From: an uncultured Verrucomicrobiae bacterium
GTDB lineage: Bacteria > Verrucomicrobiota > Verrucomicrobiia > Chthoniobacterales > UBA10450
DNA: 64,000 bases
Reading direction: 5' to 3'
Assembly (NCBI GenBank): GCA_963756875.1
Contig: CAVWPA010000001.1
Location: 256,001-320,000, forward strand
The notes beneath the pieces are model-generated. The model had not been told where the DNA came from, ran no database searches, and saw only the letters and a program-made list of their open reading frames with translations. Positions 40,901-51,972 of this stretch are shown here, in pieces (within the stretch, counting starts at the first letter, position 1; every line of letters starts with the position of its first letter). The position numbers were made by a program, and so were the translations under genes.

Positions 40901-43765
40901 CGCGCAAAACGTGAAAACCTTCGCTCAAGCCGGTCTGGGTCGAGCCATAATCGTCGTGCGGATAAATCAGGGCGGTCGTTCCATTGAAATGCGGAATCTG
41001 GAACGTGGTCAGCATTTTCTTCTTTTGGGCAACGGCGTCCGGCATTGCCTGGGAACACGCTGCTCACCGGCACGCCGCCGACGGTCGATTTGTAGATGCC
41101 CATCTTGTATTTAATCGGGCCGGCCGGGCGCGGCGTGAGCGTGGCTCTCCACCAGTTATCGCGGTCGCCGCTGGTGTGCGAGTAGTGCATCTCGGCCACT
41201 TGGGTCGTGCCGATACCCGTACTCCTCCCGCGCCCTCCGGATTCGAACCGTCCGTTGTGTAATAGACGAAATGCCCGAAACCCGCGCCCACGTAATTCGT
41301 TTTGCCCCAGAAATCCAACGCACTCGCCGTTATCGCGGAATTGGGTCGAAGGAAGGCCGGAAATGTTTCCGGAAACCGGGCCGTCCACCTATGCGTGCGG
41401 GATCGTGAAACAGAAACGACGCGACCGTGCCGCCCTGCGTATCGAGACTGGCGTTACCGTGCAGATTTGAACTAACATCGGTCGGCGGGCTGGTGCTGGT
41501 GTCGTAAGTGTCGGCCCCGGACGGATCCGAGGGTGTCGTTGGTGCTGTCTTTGGCCGCGAATTTTTCCGGATACTCGCGCTCGACAAATTGCGGTTGCTC
41601 GTAACCGAGAAAAACATCGGTGGAAAGTCCCGGAGGATGATCTCGTTTCTCGCCGGTGGTCGGTCCGAGCGGAATCTGCGAGTTGATGTCCACTCCGCCA
41701 TCGAGCTCGATCAGAATATTTTCCGCGGAGCCGTCTGCCCGGGCGATAAAACTGAAGGTCCGATCGCGTCTGGTCACGCGCGGGATCGTGTAACGGATAG
41801 GAATAACTGCCCGGAACGGCGTCCGGCACATGTAAGGATTGAAATTCGGATCGCCGTCCGGTCCGTCTTTGCGGAGGTAGGTCAACGTAGATGTCGCCTG
41901 CCCGCCTTGCAGGATGGTGATCGGTTTCCCGCCGCCCAGCGACCAGAGGTCCGATTCCTCGGGGTTGCGCCATGAAAAAACATAATAGCCGCCTTTTGGC
42001 ACAATGACTGCCCGGATCAGATAGCTGAGACCGCTTCCTCCGTCGCCTGTCGTGATATAAAAGCCGGTCATGGAATCGCCGCTCGGCAACGGTCCGCTGG
42101 CGTACTGCCACAAATAAGCGCCCGGTGGAAAATCCGTGCGCAGAGTTGCCGCGATTGCTGCCGAAATCGTTGTTGATGCCGATGCCGTTGGCGTAATTGT
42201 CGTTGATCAACACCAGCGCGGTGACGCCGTCGCCGTCCGACATGGTTGCGATTCTCGCGTTTATCGATTCTCTCGTAAGCCACCAGATCGCCATCGCTCC
42301 AGCGGCCGACTTGATAACCGCGGCGCGAACTGATTGTGAATGTAGAGAAGGTTCGGGATCAGCGGATCGCCAAACTGGCCGAGAAAATTGGTGTTCGCGT
42401 GCCGCGGAAACGCGCCGCCGCTCTGGCTTAAGCGTTTGGGACTGATGGTTGCCGTCGGTGTAAACGGAACCGAGCCCCTCGCGGGTCAGATAGAGCGCAA
42501 ACTGCAGTTCCCGGCGTGATAGCGTAATCGTTGTCGTGACTTTGGGCGTACATCACACTGATCCCGCTATCGTCGCCGCCGAACCCGTAGCTGCCGGGCT
42601 GATCGAGTCCCTGCAAGCCGGCCGACGGATTGCCCAGGATGCCATTCATCGCGCCTTGGAGCGGATTATCCACCAGACGCATGCCGACGTTGAAATAATC
42701 GCCGTAAGGCGGCGGTTGGCCCAGATGTTCGCCGAACATCATGGCGTTGTGGCGCGGCTTTTCCGTGTCGAAAAGCGACTCGCGCAAATTCACGTTCGAA
42801 CCCTGCGGAGTTGAATTGAATTTCGAATCGTTAAATCCGCGCGTCAGATTGAACTGCAACTGCGCCTGTCCGAGGTAGCCGTACGTCGCTGTAGTCCTTG
42901 TCCGCCCCGTAACTCGCGCCGAAGAAATCGTAGGGGACATGTTTGACCGCATCGAGCCGCAGCCCGTCGGCCTTCGTCCGGTCCATCAGCCAGCGCGCGC
43001 TCCGGTTCAAGAAATCCTGGACGTATTCGCCGTAGAAATCCGCGGTTGTCGGCCAGCATCTGGGCAGTGATGCCATTGTTCGGCCCGAATCCGACGTACG
43101 TCCCGTTCGGCAGGTAGCAATAGTACTCGGGATTGTTCGGTTGGCGGACGAACTTGATCTTCGGAAACGTCGAGCCCTCGGTGTAACCGAAATTCTGGTT
43201 GGTCGTGCCCGGTTCCTGGGCGAGGTCGATCAGATCGGAGAAAGTTCCGATGTTGCACCTGCCAGGTGTCGTTCCAGTTGGAGATGTTATCCCATTTCCG
43301 ATAAAAGCCTTCCTGGGTTAAGCGGAGATGAAAATCTTCCGGCACAAGCCCGGGATAAATATCGATCGGCGTGTTGGCGTCGTAGCCCGGCACATCGAAC
43401 GCGTTATGATTCATCACGTTGTCGAAGTAAACGCGAATGCCAAAGCGATGCGCGATTTCGATCATGCGGAGCAGGTCTGCTTCGGTCCCGTAGCGCGTCC
43501 TGATCGAGCCTCGCTGATCCTTGCTGCCAAGATCGAAGCGATCGAACAAATCGTAACCGACCGAGAGTCCGCCGCTGCCTTTTGTGGGCGGTGGCAGCCA
43601 AAGTGAATCGTAACCGGCCTCGGCCAATTCCGGCATCTTCAACGCGATCTCGTTCCAACTCGTGTTGAAATACTGGAGCATCGCCTCTCCGCGCGAGGAA
43701 GCGGGCAGAAGCAGGGCCGTGGCGCAGCTAAGGGCGAGGAGAACGCGACCGGCAAAAAACTTCAT
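34904..43765 (-). CDS. ~2950-aa secreted GH13 alpha-amylase + GH57-like fusion with TSP3-like Ca-binding repeats (many frameshifts)
   Basis: Signal peptide; LQYF, WLPPP, DNVMNH, DGLRLDAVKH, FGEH, QSHD; DTDGDG repeats; HGNE, FWTPERV, TFVD; DVDLDGENE C-domain; FY tail. Confidence 0.8.
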
Positions 43766-43923
43766 TAAATGGGATTCAAAGTTGGTCCGGTGAGGCGTTT
43801 AGGGGTCGAGCGGGAGCGCTCCAAAATAGTAGCGTTTTTCCCCGGAAAAATCCCGCTAAATCTTCGGAAATCTTTGCGGAAAATGGGCAGTTGTCAGGGG
43901 GACGTGGCAACGCGGATTCTGGG

Positions 43924-44056
43924 TCTGGGGAGCACAGGCCGCCGGCCTGTAGCAGTCGGCCGCTGGCCGACTGCAATTTGTGGCAACGGTCTTGCGAATT
44001 TGAGATGGTTCGCGGCAAGCTGCCGCGAACAACAGGCCAGCGGTCTGTGCTCCCCG
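43924..44056. repeat. GGGAGCAC-family palindromic element
   Basis: GGGGAGCACAGGCCGC...GCGGTCTGTGCTCCCC. Confidence 0.75.
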
Positions 44057-44065
44057 GAAGAAAAG

Positions 44066-44094
44066 AAAAGCCCCGCGCGAACGCGGGGCTTTTT
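44066..44094 (-). terminator. Rho-independent terminator (could act in both directions)
   Basis: AAAAGCCCCGCG-CGAA-CGCGGGGCTTTTT, 25 nt after the PEP-CTERM stop. Confidence 0.85.
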
Positions 44095-44119
44095 AGGAGA
44101 AACGAATCTGGAGTTGATC

Positions 44120-44915
44120 TTAAGCGCGACGGCGTCGGACGAACACGAACGCACCCAAAAGCGATGAACCCGTCAGCAGGAACGAGAGCGTCGCCGGCTC
44201 GGGAACAATCGCCATGTTATTGAAGAACACATTGTTGTTGTCGCCATTGCCAGCATTGAAGTTGAACAGGCGGACCTGCGCGATTCCCTCTCCGCCGTTG
44301 GCGGTTTGATCAATGAGCGTGCCCCCGCCAGTGTCACTGTTGCCGTGCATATCGGAGAACGTGCCAGTAAAGGTGGTGGTCCCGGTTAATGTGAACGACA
44401 AATTGAACCCATCACCGCTGAAATGGAATGCTCGGCGACAGATCTTGTTGGCCACTAGCGTCGTTCGTCTTCCAAGTATTCGTGCCGCCGCCAATGTAGT
44501 AAATTTCAAACAGGGTTTGTCCGGAGGAGTTCTGAAGGCTAAGGCCGACCGTTGAACCGGTATCTTGATAACCCTGGTCGATCTGGATCGAAAAGGTTTG
44601 ACCGATCGACAAATCGCCGTTGAACGGACGAGTTGCATTAGCCGTGTCGCCAGTGTTTGCAAACAATCCCCAGGCGCCGTCGCCCGTCGAATTAATTCCG
44701 AGAGAGCCCCCTGCATTTGTTGTCGAGTCTCCAATAAAATGGCCGCTGTTCGTCGGGCCATCCTGAAAAACCCAGTCTCCGCCCCAGCCCGTACCCTGGC
44801 CGCCCGTCCAGTTACCGCCATAATTGCCGGCATTATCAGAGGCGTTGCTTGCCGCGTACCCCGCGGCGGTCATCAAGCCTAACGACACAATTCCCAAAGC
44901 CAATTTCTTAATCAT
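44120..44915 (-). CDS. PEP-CTERM protein carrying 'domain X' (frameshift near 44430)
   Basis: Signal peptide; ASDNAGNYGGNW...; C-terminal VPEPAT + TM + RRRRA; GGAG RBS. Confidence 0.85.
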
Positions 44916-45062
44916 AATCTATTACTCCGTATTTGCTCCCGTGTTTGAGCACTCTTTTGATCAAAAATCGGTCGCCAAGTCAACACTAAATTCCAGAAAT
45001 TTATGGATATTACCGATACGTCGGATTTCGCCGGACGCTGGGGTGTTTTAGGGGAGGAACCG

Positions 45063-45186
45063 CTGTAGCTACGGCCCTGTGGGCCGTTCGCTGTTAGGGC
45101 TGGCCGGGACGGAAAACCCGGACGTGCCACAGGCACGTGGCTACAGGGTCGGCGGCGTCTGGGTGGCGCAGCGCCCCGACCTACCA
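45063..45186. repeat. Two adjacent REP-like elements
   Basis: CTGTAGCTACGG...GTGGCTACAG followed by GGTCGG...CCGACCTACC. Confidence 0.75.
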
Positions 45187-45187
45187 C

Positions 45188-45717
45188 TCATTCCCATTTT
45201 TGCTGCGTCATGAGCGTGGAAGGGTTCGCGTATTCGGCGAATAACTGGCCGTTTTGGTAAACCCGCACCCATAAGCCGCTGAGCATGCCGGTCGCGCCCG
45301 GTTTCGCGCCGGACGTGTAAATCCAGTTGCCGACCAGGTTCGCTTTGTCCAATTCCACCGAATCGGTCGTGAACACTTTTTTCTCGTGTGGGTTCAGCAC
45401 CGGGATCGTGAACATGCCGGTCTGACGTTTTGCCGTGGCCGCCGCTTTTACCCCAAGCCGTTCCTGACTGAAAAAAATGGCGTATTTGACCTCCAGATTG
45501 GTGAGGTCCTTGAACGTCTTGTTTTCCATCGTGACGTCGTATCCCCAATGTTCCTTTGTAACCGCCGCGCCCCCGTCCGAGGCTTTTTTAACGTTCTGAT
45601 CGAGCCGTTTCGGAACGCAATGAATCTCAAGATCGAAATTCCCGGCACTAACCATTGCTGGCCGCGACAACGTTAATGCACGCAACCAGCTGAAAAATTT
45701 CCGCCTAACTGGTTCAC
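45188..45717 (-). CDS. Hypothetical secreted protein (start region probably frameshifted)
   Basis: Beta-rich globular ORF; TTGCCA/TACAAA promoter-like pair 6 nt before GTG 45717. Confidence 0.6.
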
Positions 45718-45904
45718 ACGTCTTTTGTAGCGGAACAGCGCCGATTGGCAACGCGATTAAGCTCGTAGCAATTTAATGCCGCGATGCACACAGATGAAAC
45801 ACAGATCTTCGTCCACAAGAGGGCGCGTTTTATCTGTAAATCATGTTATCTGCGGCCTAACAATTCGTGTGCCGGCGTTTGGCTGAGCGCCTACCGCGCC
45901 GTAG

Positions 45905-46846
45905 CTAAGCGAAGGCGGGTTGGGCGTTTAGTCGCAAACTCCTTATCCGCCCCTTCGCTACTTCCGCCAAAATTGCTTTCTGCACATGCAGCCTGTTTTC
46001 CGCCTGATCGAAAATCGTCTGCGCGTGCGCTTCGAATGTTTTCGCGTCGATCTCCTGTCCGCGATGCGCTGGCAAACAATGCATGACCAATGCGTCCCGC
46101 TTCGCCAGTCTCACCACCGAATCGTTGATCCAATACGGCCCGAGCTCGGCCTGGCGCCGTGCTTCCTCGGCTTCCTTTCCCATCGAGACCCAGATGTCGG
46201 TGTAGAGAACGTCGGCACCGCGCGCCGCCTCCGGCACTTTATCGGTGCAAACAACGCGGCCCCCGGCGCTCTCGCGCAGTTTTCGCTTTGGCTGATATTT
46301 TTTAGGCGCTGCGATCCGCAATTCAAAATCGAGTTTACCCGCCGCGAAGAGCCACGACCGCGCTGTGTTGGAGAGACCGTCACCAATAAACGTAACAATC
46401 TTGTCTCGGATTTTGCCCCGTTTCTCCTGGATCGTGAAAATATCTCCCAAAATCTGACACGGATGCTCCTCGTCTGTCAGCGCGTTGATCGTCGGCACCC
46501 CGGAAAATTCCGCGAACTCCTCGATATCGCTTTGAGCATAAGTGCGAATCACCGCCCCATGGATCATGCGCGCCAGAACGCGCGCCGTGTCCTTGACCAG
46601 TTCGCCCCGACCCAGCTGCGCGTCCGCCGCGTTCATGTAAATCGATTCGCCGCCCAGTTCGCGGATTCCGACTTCAAACGAGACGCGCGTGCGGGTTGAA
46701 GGCTTCGAGAAAATCAGCGCCCAGGTTTGGCCCGCCAGCGGTTTCGCGGAGTTCTTCCCGCGTTTTGCTTTGAATTCGGCAGTCGCGCGCAAAATCCGCT
46801 CGATATCAGCGCGCGAGAGTTCTTCGATGCTCAGGAGATTTTTCAT
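45905..46846 (-). CDS. argF: Ornithine carbamoyltransferase
   Basis: STRTR, HPCQ, YTDIWVSMG, HCLP, QAENR. Confidence 0.96.
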   Translation of the reverse strand: MKNLLSIEELSRADIERILRATAEFKAKRGKNSAKPLAGQTWALIFSKPSTRTRVSFEVGIRELGGESIYMNAADAQLGRGELVKDTARVLARMIHGAVIRTYAQSDIEEFAEFSGVPTINALTDEEHPCQILGDIFTIQEKRGKIRDKIVTFIGDGLSNTARSWLFAAGKLDFELRIAAPKKYQPKRKLRESAGGRVVCTDKVPEAARGADVLYTDIWVSMGKEAEEARRQAELGPYWINDSVVRLAKRDALVMHCLPAHRGQEIDAKTFEAHAQTIFDQAENRLHVQKAILAEVAKGRIRSLRLNAQPAFA

Positions 46847-46854
46847 TTCGATCC

Positions 46855-47046
46855 CGCCACAGATTCACACAGATCAAACACAGATGGCAGCACCTAAATA
46901 GTTAAGGCGCTGTAGCCACGGCGCTGTGCGCCGTCTGAGATTGTGATGCGAACGTTCCACAGGACGGTGGCTGCAACAGCTATGAGATGCCTTGAGCCGA
47001 ACCGAACTGCTTCTATATCTGTGAGAATCTGTGTGCATCTGTGGCT
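46855..47046. repeat. Inverted ~10-nt-repeat element (CACAGAT.../ATCTGTG...) with a nested REP
   Basis: GCCACAGATTCACACAGATCAAACACAGAT...[TGTAGCCACGG REP]...ATCTGTGAGAATCTGTGTGCATCTGTGGC; related arm at 45778. Confidence 0.8.
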
Positions 47047-47070
47047 AACGGCCTTTTCCGCTTTCACGTT

Positions 47071-48356
47071 TCAACCCTTCAACATTTCGACGACTGCCGC
47101 AATCGCGCCCAATCCTTCTTCCGCTTCAGCGCGGGTCAAATTCAGCGCCGGCAATAATCGAATTACAGAATTCGCGGCAGGCACTGTTAGCACGCCCCTT
47201 TCGTGCAGCCGATTGACTACCTGAAGGGCTGGCGACTTTTCGCTGCGCTTAAACGCCGGAAGTTCGGGATTGAAATCAATTCCAATCATCAATCCAACGC
47301 CTCGCACTTCACGGATAACGTCCGGATATTTATTTTGAAGGCCCCGCAGTTCGGAAATCAAAAGCTCTCCGGTTTGCTGCGCGTACTCAGCCAAATTATC
47401 GCGCTCGATTACGTCGAGAATTTTGAGCGCGACAGCGCACGCCAGCGGAGTGCCGCCGAACGTCGAGGCATGCGTTCCCGCCGATAACACGTCGGCGAAT
47501 TTTTCCCTTACCCAGAACGCTCCCATCGGAAACCCACCGCCTAACGACTTTGCCATCGAAACCCCGTCCGGCACGACGTCATTATTTCCGAGGATCCTTT
47601 GCCAGCTTTGAAATTTGCCAGTGCGAAAGTGCCCGGCCTGCACTTCATCAAAAAGCAAAAGCAAATTGTAGGTGTCGCAGAGCTCGCGCAAACCACTCAA
47701 ATATTCCGTCGTCGCCGCTGTGATTCCGCTCTCCCCTTGGATCGCTTCGATCAAGATGGCCACAGTCTGTGGCGTGATCGCGCCACGCATCGCCTCGAGA
47801 TCGTTGAAGGGAACCTGTTTGAATCCCTCGACTGGTGGTTCGAAACCCTTCTTGACTTTTTCCTGACCTGTCGCCGCGATCCCGGCCAGGGTACGCCCAT
47901 GAAACGATTCCAACGCGGTAATAATTTCGTAGCGGCCTTCGTCGTGTCCGAACTTTCTCGCCAGTTTAAACAAGCCTTCATTCGCTTCCGCGCCGCTGTT
48001 GCAAAAGAAGACCCGGCCGGGTGCGATGAGGTCCGCAATGCGTTTGGCGAGGCGGCCTTGGAGCTCATTATAATAGAGGTTCGAAACATGGATGAGTTTT
48101 TGCGATTGCTCGGTCAGCGTTTGCGTGATTTCGGGATTTGCATGGCCTAACGAACAAACCGCGATCCCGCCGCCAAGATCGAGATACCGCCGCCCCTCAA
48201 TGTCCCAGACATAACTTCCCTCCCCGCGCTCCAGGACGAGATTGAACCGCGAGTACCGACGGAACCACAAAGTGCTCAAATGTCCTCGCGCACCTCTTTC
48301 TGAGTTGAGCGTTGGGCGTTGGACGTTGGGCGTTGGACGTTTTCTTTCGTTTTCAT
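47071..48356 (-). CDS. argD: Acetylornithine aminotransferase (N-terminal frameshift)
   Basis: NSGAEANE, SFHGRT, DEVQ, AKSLGGG, HASTFGG; ATGA overlap with argB. Confidence 0.93.
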
Positions 48357-49228
48357 AAGACCACCTCCGTTCCAACCCCCGCGTCCGTAAAAATCTCGAG
48401 CAACACCGAATGCGGGATTCGGCCGTCGACGAATTGCACTTTTTCCACGCCGCTCTCGATCGCTGTGACCGCGCTGTCCACTTTCGGAATCATGCCCGCA
48501 TCCACGACGCCGGATTTTTTCAACGCCGGCACATCGGTGGTGCTTAAATGGGTCATCAATGATTGGGCGTCTTTCGGATCACGAAGCAGACCAGGCACGT
48601 CGCTCATAAAAACCAGCCGCCGCGCCTTGAGAGCGACCGCTGTTTTCGCCGCGGCGATGTCGGCGTTGCAATTATAGACCTTGCCGTCGTCACCGCGCGC
48701 CGTAGGGCTGATTACCGGCGTCACGCTGCGCCGGATGCATTCGCGCAACGGTTCCACATTTACATCGACCACCTCGCCGACGAATCCCAGGTCGACTGGC
48801 CGGCCGCTTTCATCCATGGGTAGAAATTTCCGGCAGCGAAAAATGTCTGTGCCGGCAAACCCGCGCGCTTTTCCACCGAAATCCTGAATCGTTTTCACAA
48901 TTTCGGGATTAATTTCGCGCGACAACACGCGATCGACAACGTCGGCGCTTGCGGCATCTGTCACTCGATAGCCGCGCACGAACTGCGATTTCACGCCAGC
49001 TTCTTCCAGCGCGCGCGTGATTGCTTTGCCGCCGCCGTGCACGACGACGGGATTAATGCCGACTGCTTCGAGGAAGACGACGTCGCGCGCGACGCGATGC
49101 CGTTCCTCCATATCGGGCGAGTCCATGAAGCTGCCGCCATATTTCACGACGAAAATCTGGCTACGAAAACGCTGAATGTAAGGAAGCGCCTCGAGCAATG
49201 TCGCAGCTTTGGAAATGATCTCTTCCAC
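48353..49228 (-). CDS. argB: Acetylglutamate kinase
   Basis: LEALPYI, VKYGG, VHGGG, NCNAD, GMIPKV. Confidence 0.96.
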   Translation of the reverse strand: MEEIISKAATLLEALPYIQRFRSQIFVVKYGGSFMDSPDMEERHRVARDVVFLEAVGINPVVVHGGGKAITRALEEAGVKSQFVRGYRVTDAASADVVDRVLSREINPEIVKTIQDFGGKARGFAGTDIFRCRKFLPMDESGRPVDLGFVGEVVDVNVEPLRECIRRSVTPVISPTARGDDGKVYNCNADIAAAKTAVALKARRLVFMSDVPGLLRDPKDAQSLMTHLSTTDVPALKKSGVVDAGMIPKVDSAVTAIESGVEKVQFVDGRIPHSVLLEIFTDAGVGTEVVL

Positions 49229-49242
49229 GGCGGATCCTAGAT

Positions 49243-49349
49243 TTGGAGGGCGCCGCGCTGTCGGCGCCCAAATATTTTGGGACACTGTAGAGGCAGCCGT
49301 ATCGGCTGCGCTTCGTCGAATTTTGCAGGCGACACGCCTGCCGCTACAG
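49243..49349. repeat. Two adjacent REP-like elements between argJ and argB
   Basis: TTGGAGGGCGCC...GGCGCCC and CTGTAGAGGCAGCC...GCCGCTACAG. Confidence 0.75.
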
Positions 49350-49372
49350 ATGCGCTGCTTTCAGTCTTCATT

Positions 49373-50703
49373 CTAACCTCCCAGCGTCTTTGGGTCGCTG
49401 ACATCACCTTTGTTGAAAGCCACATAGTCTTCGGTGAGATCGCTCGCGTACATCGTGAACCCGGCGCCGCCGAGATGAAGATCGACGTGAAGATCGAACT
49501 CCGGTGCCGATGTGATTTCGGCGAGTCTTTTCAAGGCGACATTTGTCGGACGTCCGCGGCGAAATGCAAAAATAATTTTACGGCTGGCAGGCCTGGCGTA
49601 ACCGACATCGACGACTGCCTCCCTGACGTGTGCTTTGGAATAGCCAAGCGCGCAAAGAATGCGACCCCAGTTTGGGTCTCCGCCACACCAACTTGTTCGC
49701 ACGAGAGAGCTGTTGGCGATTGCGCGCGCAGCCAATTCAGCATCCCGCGCATTTCGCGCGCCTCGCACGATCAATCTGACGAAGCGTGAGACGCCTTCGC
49801 CATCGCGCACAATCATTTTCGCCAACTCCAGGCAAACGTGATTAAGAGCCTGTCTGAAATTGCGGATTGCGGATCGCGGATTGCAGGATTGCCCGCCAGC
49901 CCGTTGGCGAGCATGATCACCGAATCGTTCGTGCTCATGTCGCCATCCACCGTGATCCGATTGAAGCTTTGCGCGACAGCGGTTTCGAGCGCGCGTTTCA
50001 AAACTCCGGGTTCGATCCCGACGTCGCTGGTGATGAATGCAAGCATGGTGGCATGTTTTGTAGCCGCGGCCATTCCCGGCTGGATCATTCCTGCTCCCTT
50101 GCAAATCCCGCCGATCCTCACCGTCGATCCTCCAATTTCGAATTCGACGGCAATTTCTTTGCGCCGCGTGTCCGTGGTCATGATCGCCTCGGCAACCTGA
50201 CGGGCGCTTCTGATCGAGCGCGCCAGCAACGGGGCGCACGTGCGAATCCCGCGCTCGACATTTCTCATCGGCATCGGCACGCCGATTCGGCCTGTGGAAC
50301 AGACAAGCACCTCCTGCGCGCTGATTCTTCTGTAGCGGCGGTCTATGACCGCCGCTACAGAGGCGGCGGCGATTTGCGTCATTTTTTCTGCGTCGTGTAA
50401 TCCCTGTTTCCCGGTGCAGGCATTGGCATTTCCCGAATTAACCACAATGGCTCGCGCGGATTTTTTTCCCGCGCGTTTGGCGCTGATCTTTACCGGAGCG
50501 GCGCATACCTGATTTGTTGTAAACATTCCCGCAACGGCTGCCGGAACCTCTGAAACGATCAACGCCAGATCATGCTTCTTGCCTTTCTCCGAACCTTTGC
50601 CCGTGCCGAGCTTTTTAATGTCGCAAAACACGGCAGCGGCGTTAAAGCCGCGTGGCGCGCAAATGGAGCCGGGGATTTGTTTGAAACGAGATTTGTTAGG
50701 CAT
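49373..50703 (-). CDS. argJ: Bifunctional ornithine acetyltransferase/N-acetylglutamate synthase (frameshift near 49880)
   Basis: NSGNANACTG, STGRIG, MTTDT, KGAGMIQP, ATML, DGDMSTND, DGEG, DPNWGRI. Confidence 0.95.
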
Positions 50704-50714
50704 ACGATCTTATC

Positions 50715-50868
50715 CGGGTAGCGCACGCGTCTCGCGTGTTGGTTGCGGCGTCACGCCGCAACGCGCTTTTTTCGTCGACTTCCCTTTTGTCGAGGCTGCG
50801 CTTCCGTGATGGAAGTTCGCGACGGCGCGGACGCCGTCGCCAGCACGCGAGACGCGTGCGCCACCCAA
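50715..50868. repeat. GGGAGCGCACGCG-family element between argC and argJ
   Basis: GGGTAGCGCACGCGTCTCGCGTG...CACGCGAGACGCGTGCGCCACCC. Confidence 0.8.
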
Positions 50869-50882
50869 ACCATCTGTTACGC

Positions 50883-51938
50883 TCACAGCAGTCCGATCGT
50901 TTCGGGGAACCCGCACATTAAATTGAAACATTGGACAGCCTGGCCGCTCGCCCCCTTGATCACGTTGTCGATCGCGCTCATTAGAATGAGGCGCCCGGTA
51001 CGCGGATCGGTCCGCCAGGCTATATCGATAAAATTGGTGCCGGCCACGTTCTTTGTGTCCGGCAACTGCTCGTTGCCCAGCAATCGCACAAAGGGCTCCT
51101 TGCCGTACGCGCTCTCGAACACGACCGCGGGATCCACCGCCACAACGTTGCCGCCGAACTCGGCATAAATGGTCGTAAGAATGCCGCGATTCACCGGCAC
51201 CAGGTGCGGTGTGAATTGGATCGTTACTTTCTCCTCGGCCAGAAGCGAGAGCTCCTGTTCGATCTCGGATAAATGCCGGTGCTTGGGCACGCCGTACGGG
51301 CGAACGCTTTCGTTGCATTCGGCGAACAGATAATCGGCTTCCACTTTCCGGCCGGCGCCGGTCACCCCGCTCAAACTTGTGACCAAAATTCTGCTGCGGT
51401 CGATGGCCTTCCTGCGAATTAACGGCCGAAGCGGAATCAGAATACTTGTCGGATAACAACCAGGGCAGGCGATCAGCTTCGCGCTCTGGATTTGGTCCCG
51501 ATAGATTTCCGGCAGTCCGTAAACGGCCTCGCCAAGCACGTCCGGCGCGGGATGATCGTGGCCGTAGAATTCCTTGTAAACCGCGGCATCGCGGAGTCGA
51601 AAATCGGCGCTCAGATCGATCACACGCGCGCCGAGTTGCAAGAGCGGCTTGGCAAACTCCGCCGCCAGTCCATGCGGCAAGGCGAGAAAAACGATCTCCG
51701 CGTCTTTCGCGAGCCGTTTTGGATCGGTGTCCGAAAAGCTGAGCGTTCTCGCTTTTTCAACGTGCGCGAAGCGTGGAAAAATTTGGGCGAGCGGTTTGCC
51801 GGCAAACTGCCGGGAAGTTGCGGCGACAAGATCGACCTGTGGGTGCGCCAAAAGCAGGCGCACCAGCTCTTCGCCGGCGTAACCGGACGCGCCGACGACT
51901 GCGACTCTGGTCAGCTGCTTCGTTGCCACAACGCGCAA
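50883..51938 (-). CDS. argC: N-acetyl-gamma-glutamyl-phosphate reductase
   Basis: GASGYAG, LALPHG, DLSADFR, PGCYPT, HRH, DNVIKGASGQA. Confidence 0.96.
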   Translation of the reverse strand: MRVVATKQLTRVAVVGASGYAGEELVRLLLAHPQVDLVAATSRQFAGKPLAQIFPRFAHVEKARTLSFSDTDPKRLAKDAEIVFLALPHGLAAEFAKPLLQLGARVIDLSADFRLRDAAVYKEFYGHDHPAPDVLGEAVYGLPEIYRDQIQSAKLIACPGCYPTSILIPLRPLIRRKAIDRSRILVTSLSGVTGAGRKVEADYLFAECNESVRPYGVPKHRHLSEIEQELSLLAEEKVTIQFTPHLVPVNRGILTTIYAEFGGNVVAVDPAVVFESAYGKEPFVRLLGNEQLPDTKNVAGTNFIDIAWRTDPRTGRLILMSAIDNVIKGASGQAVQCFNLMCGFPETIGLL

Positions 51939-51972
51939 TGCGTATTCCGTCTCCGGGCAATTGCAATTGGAA

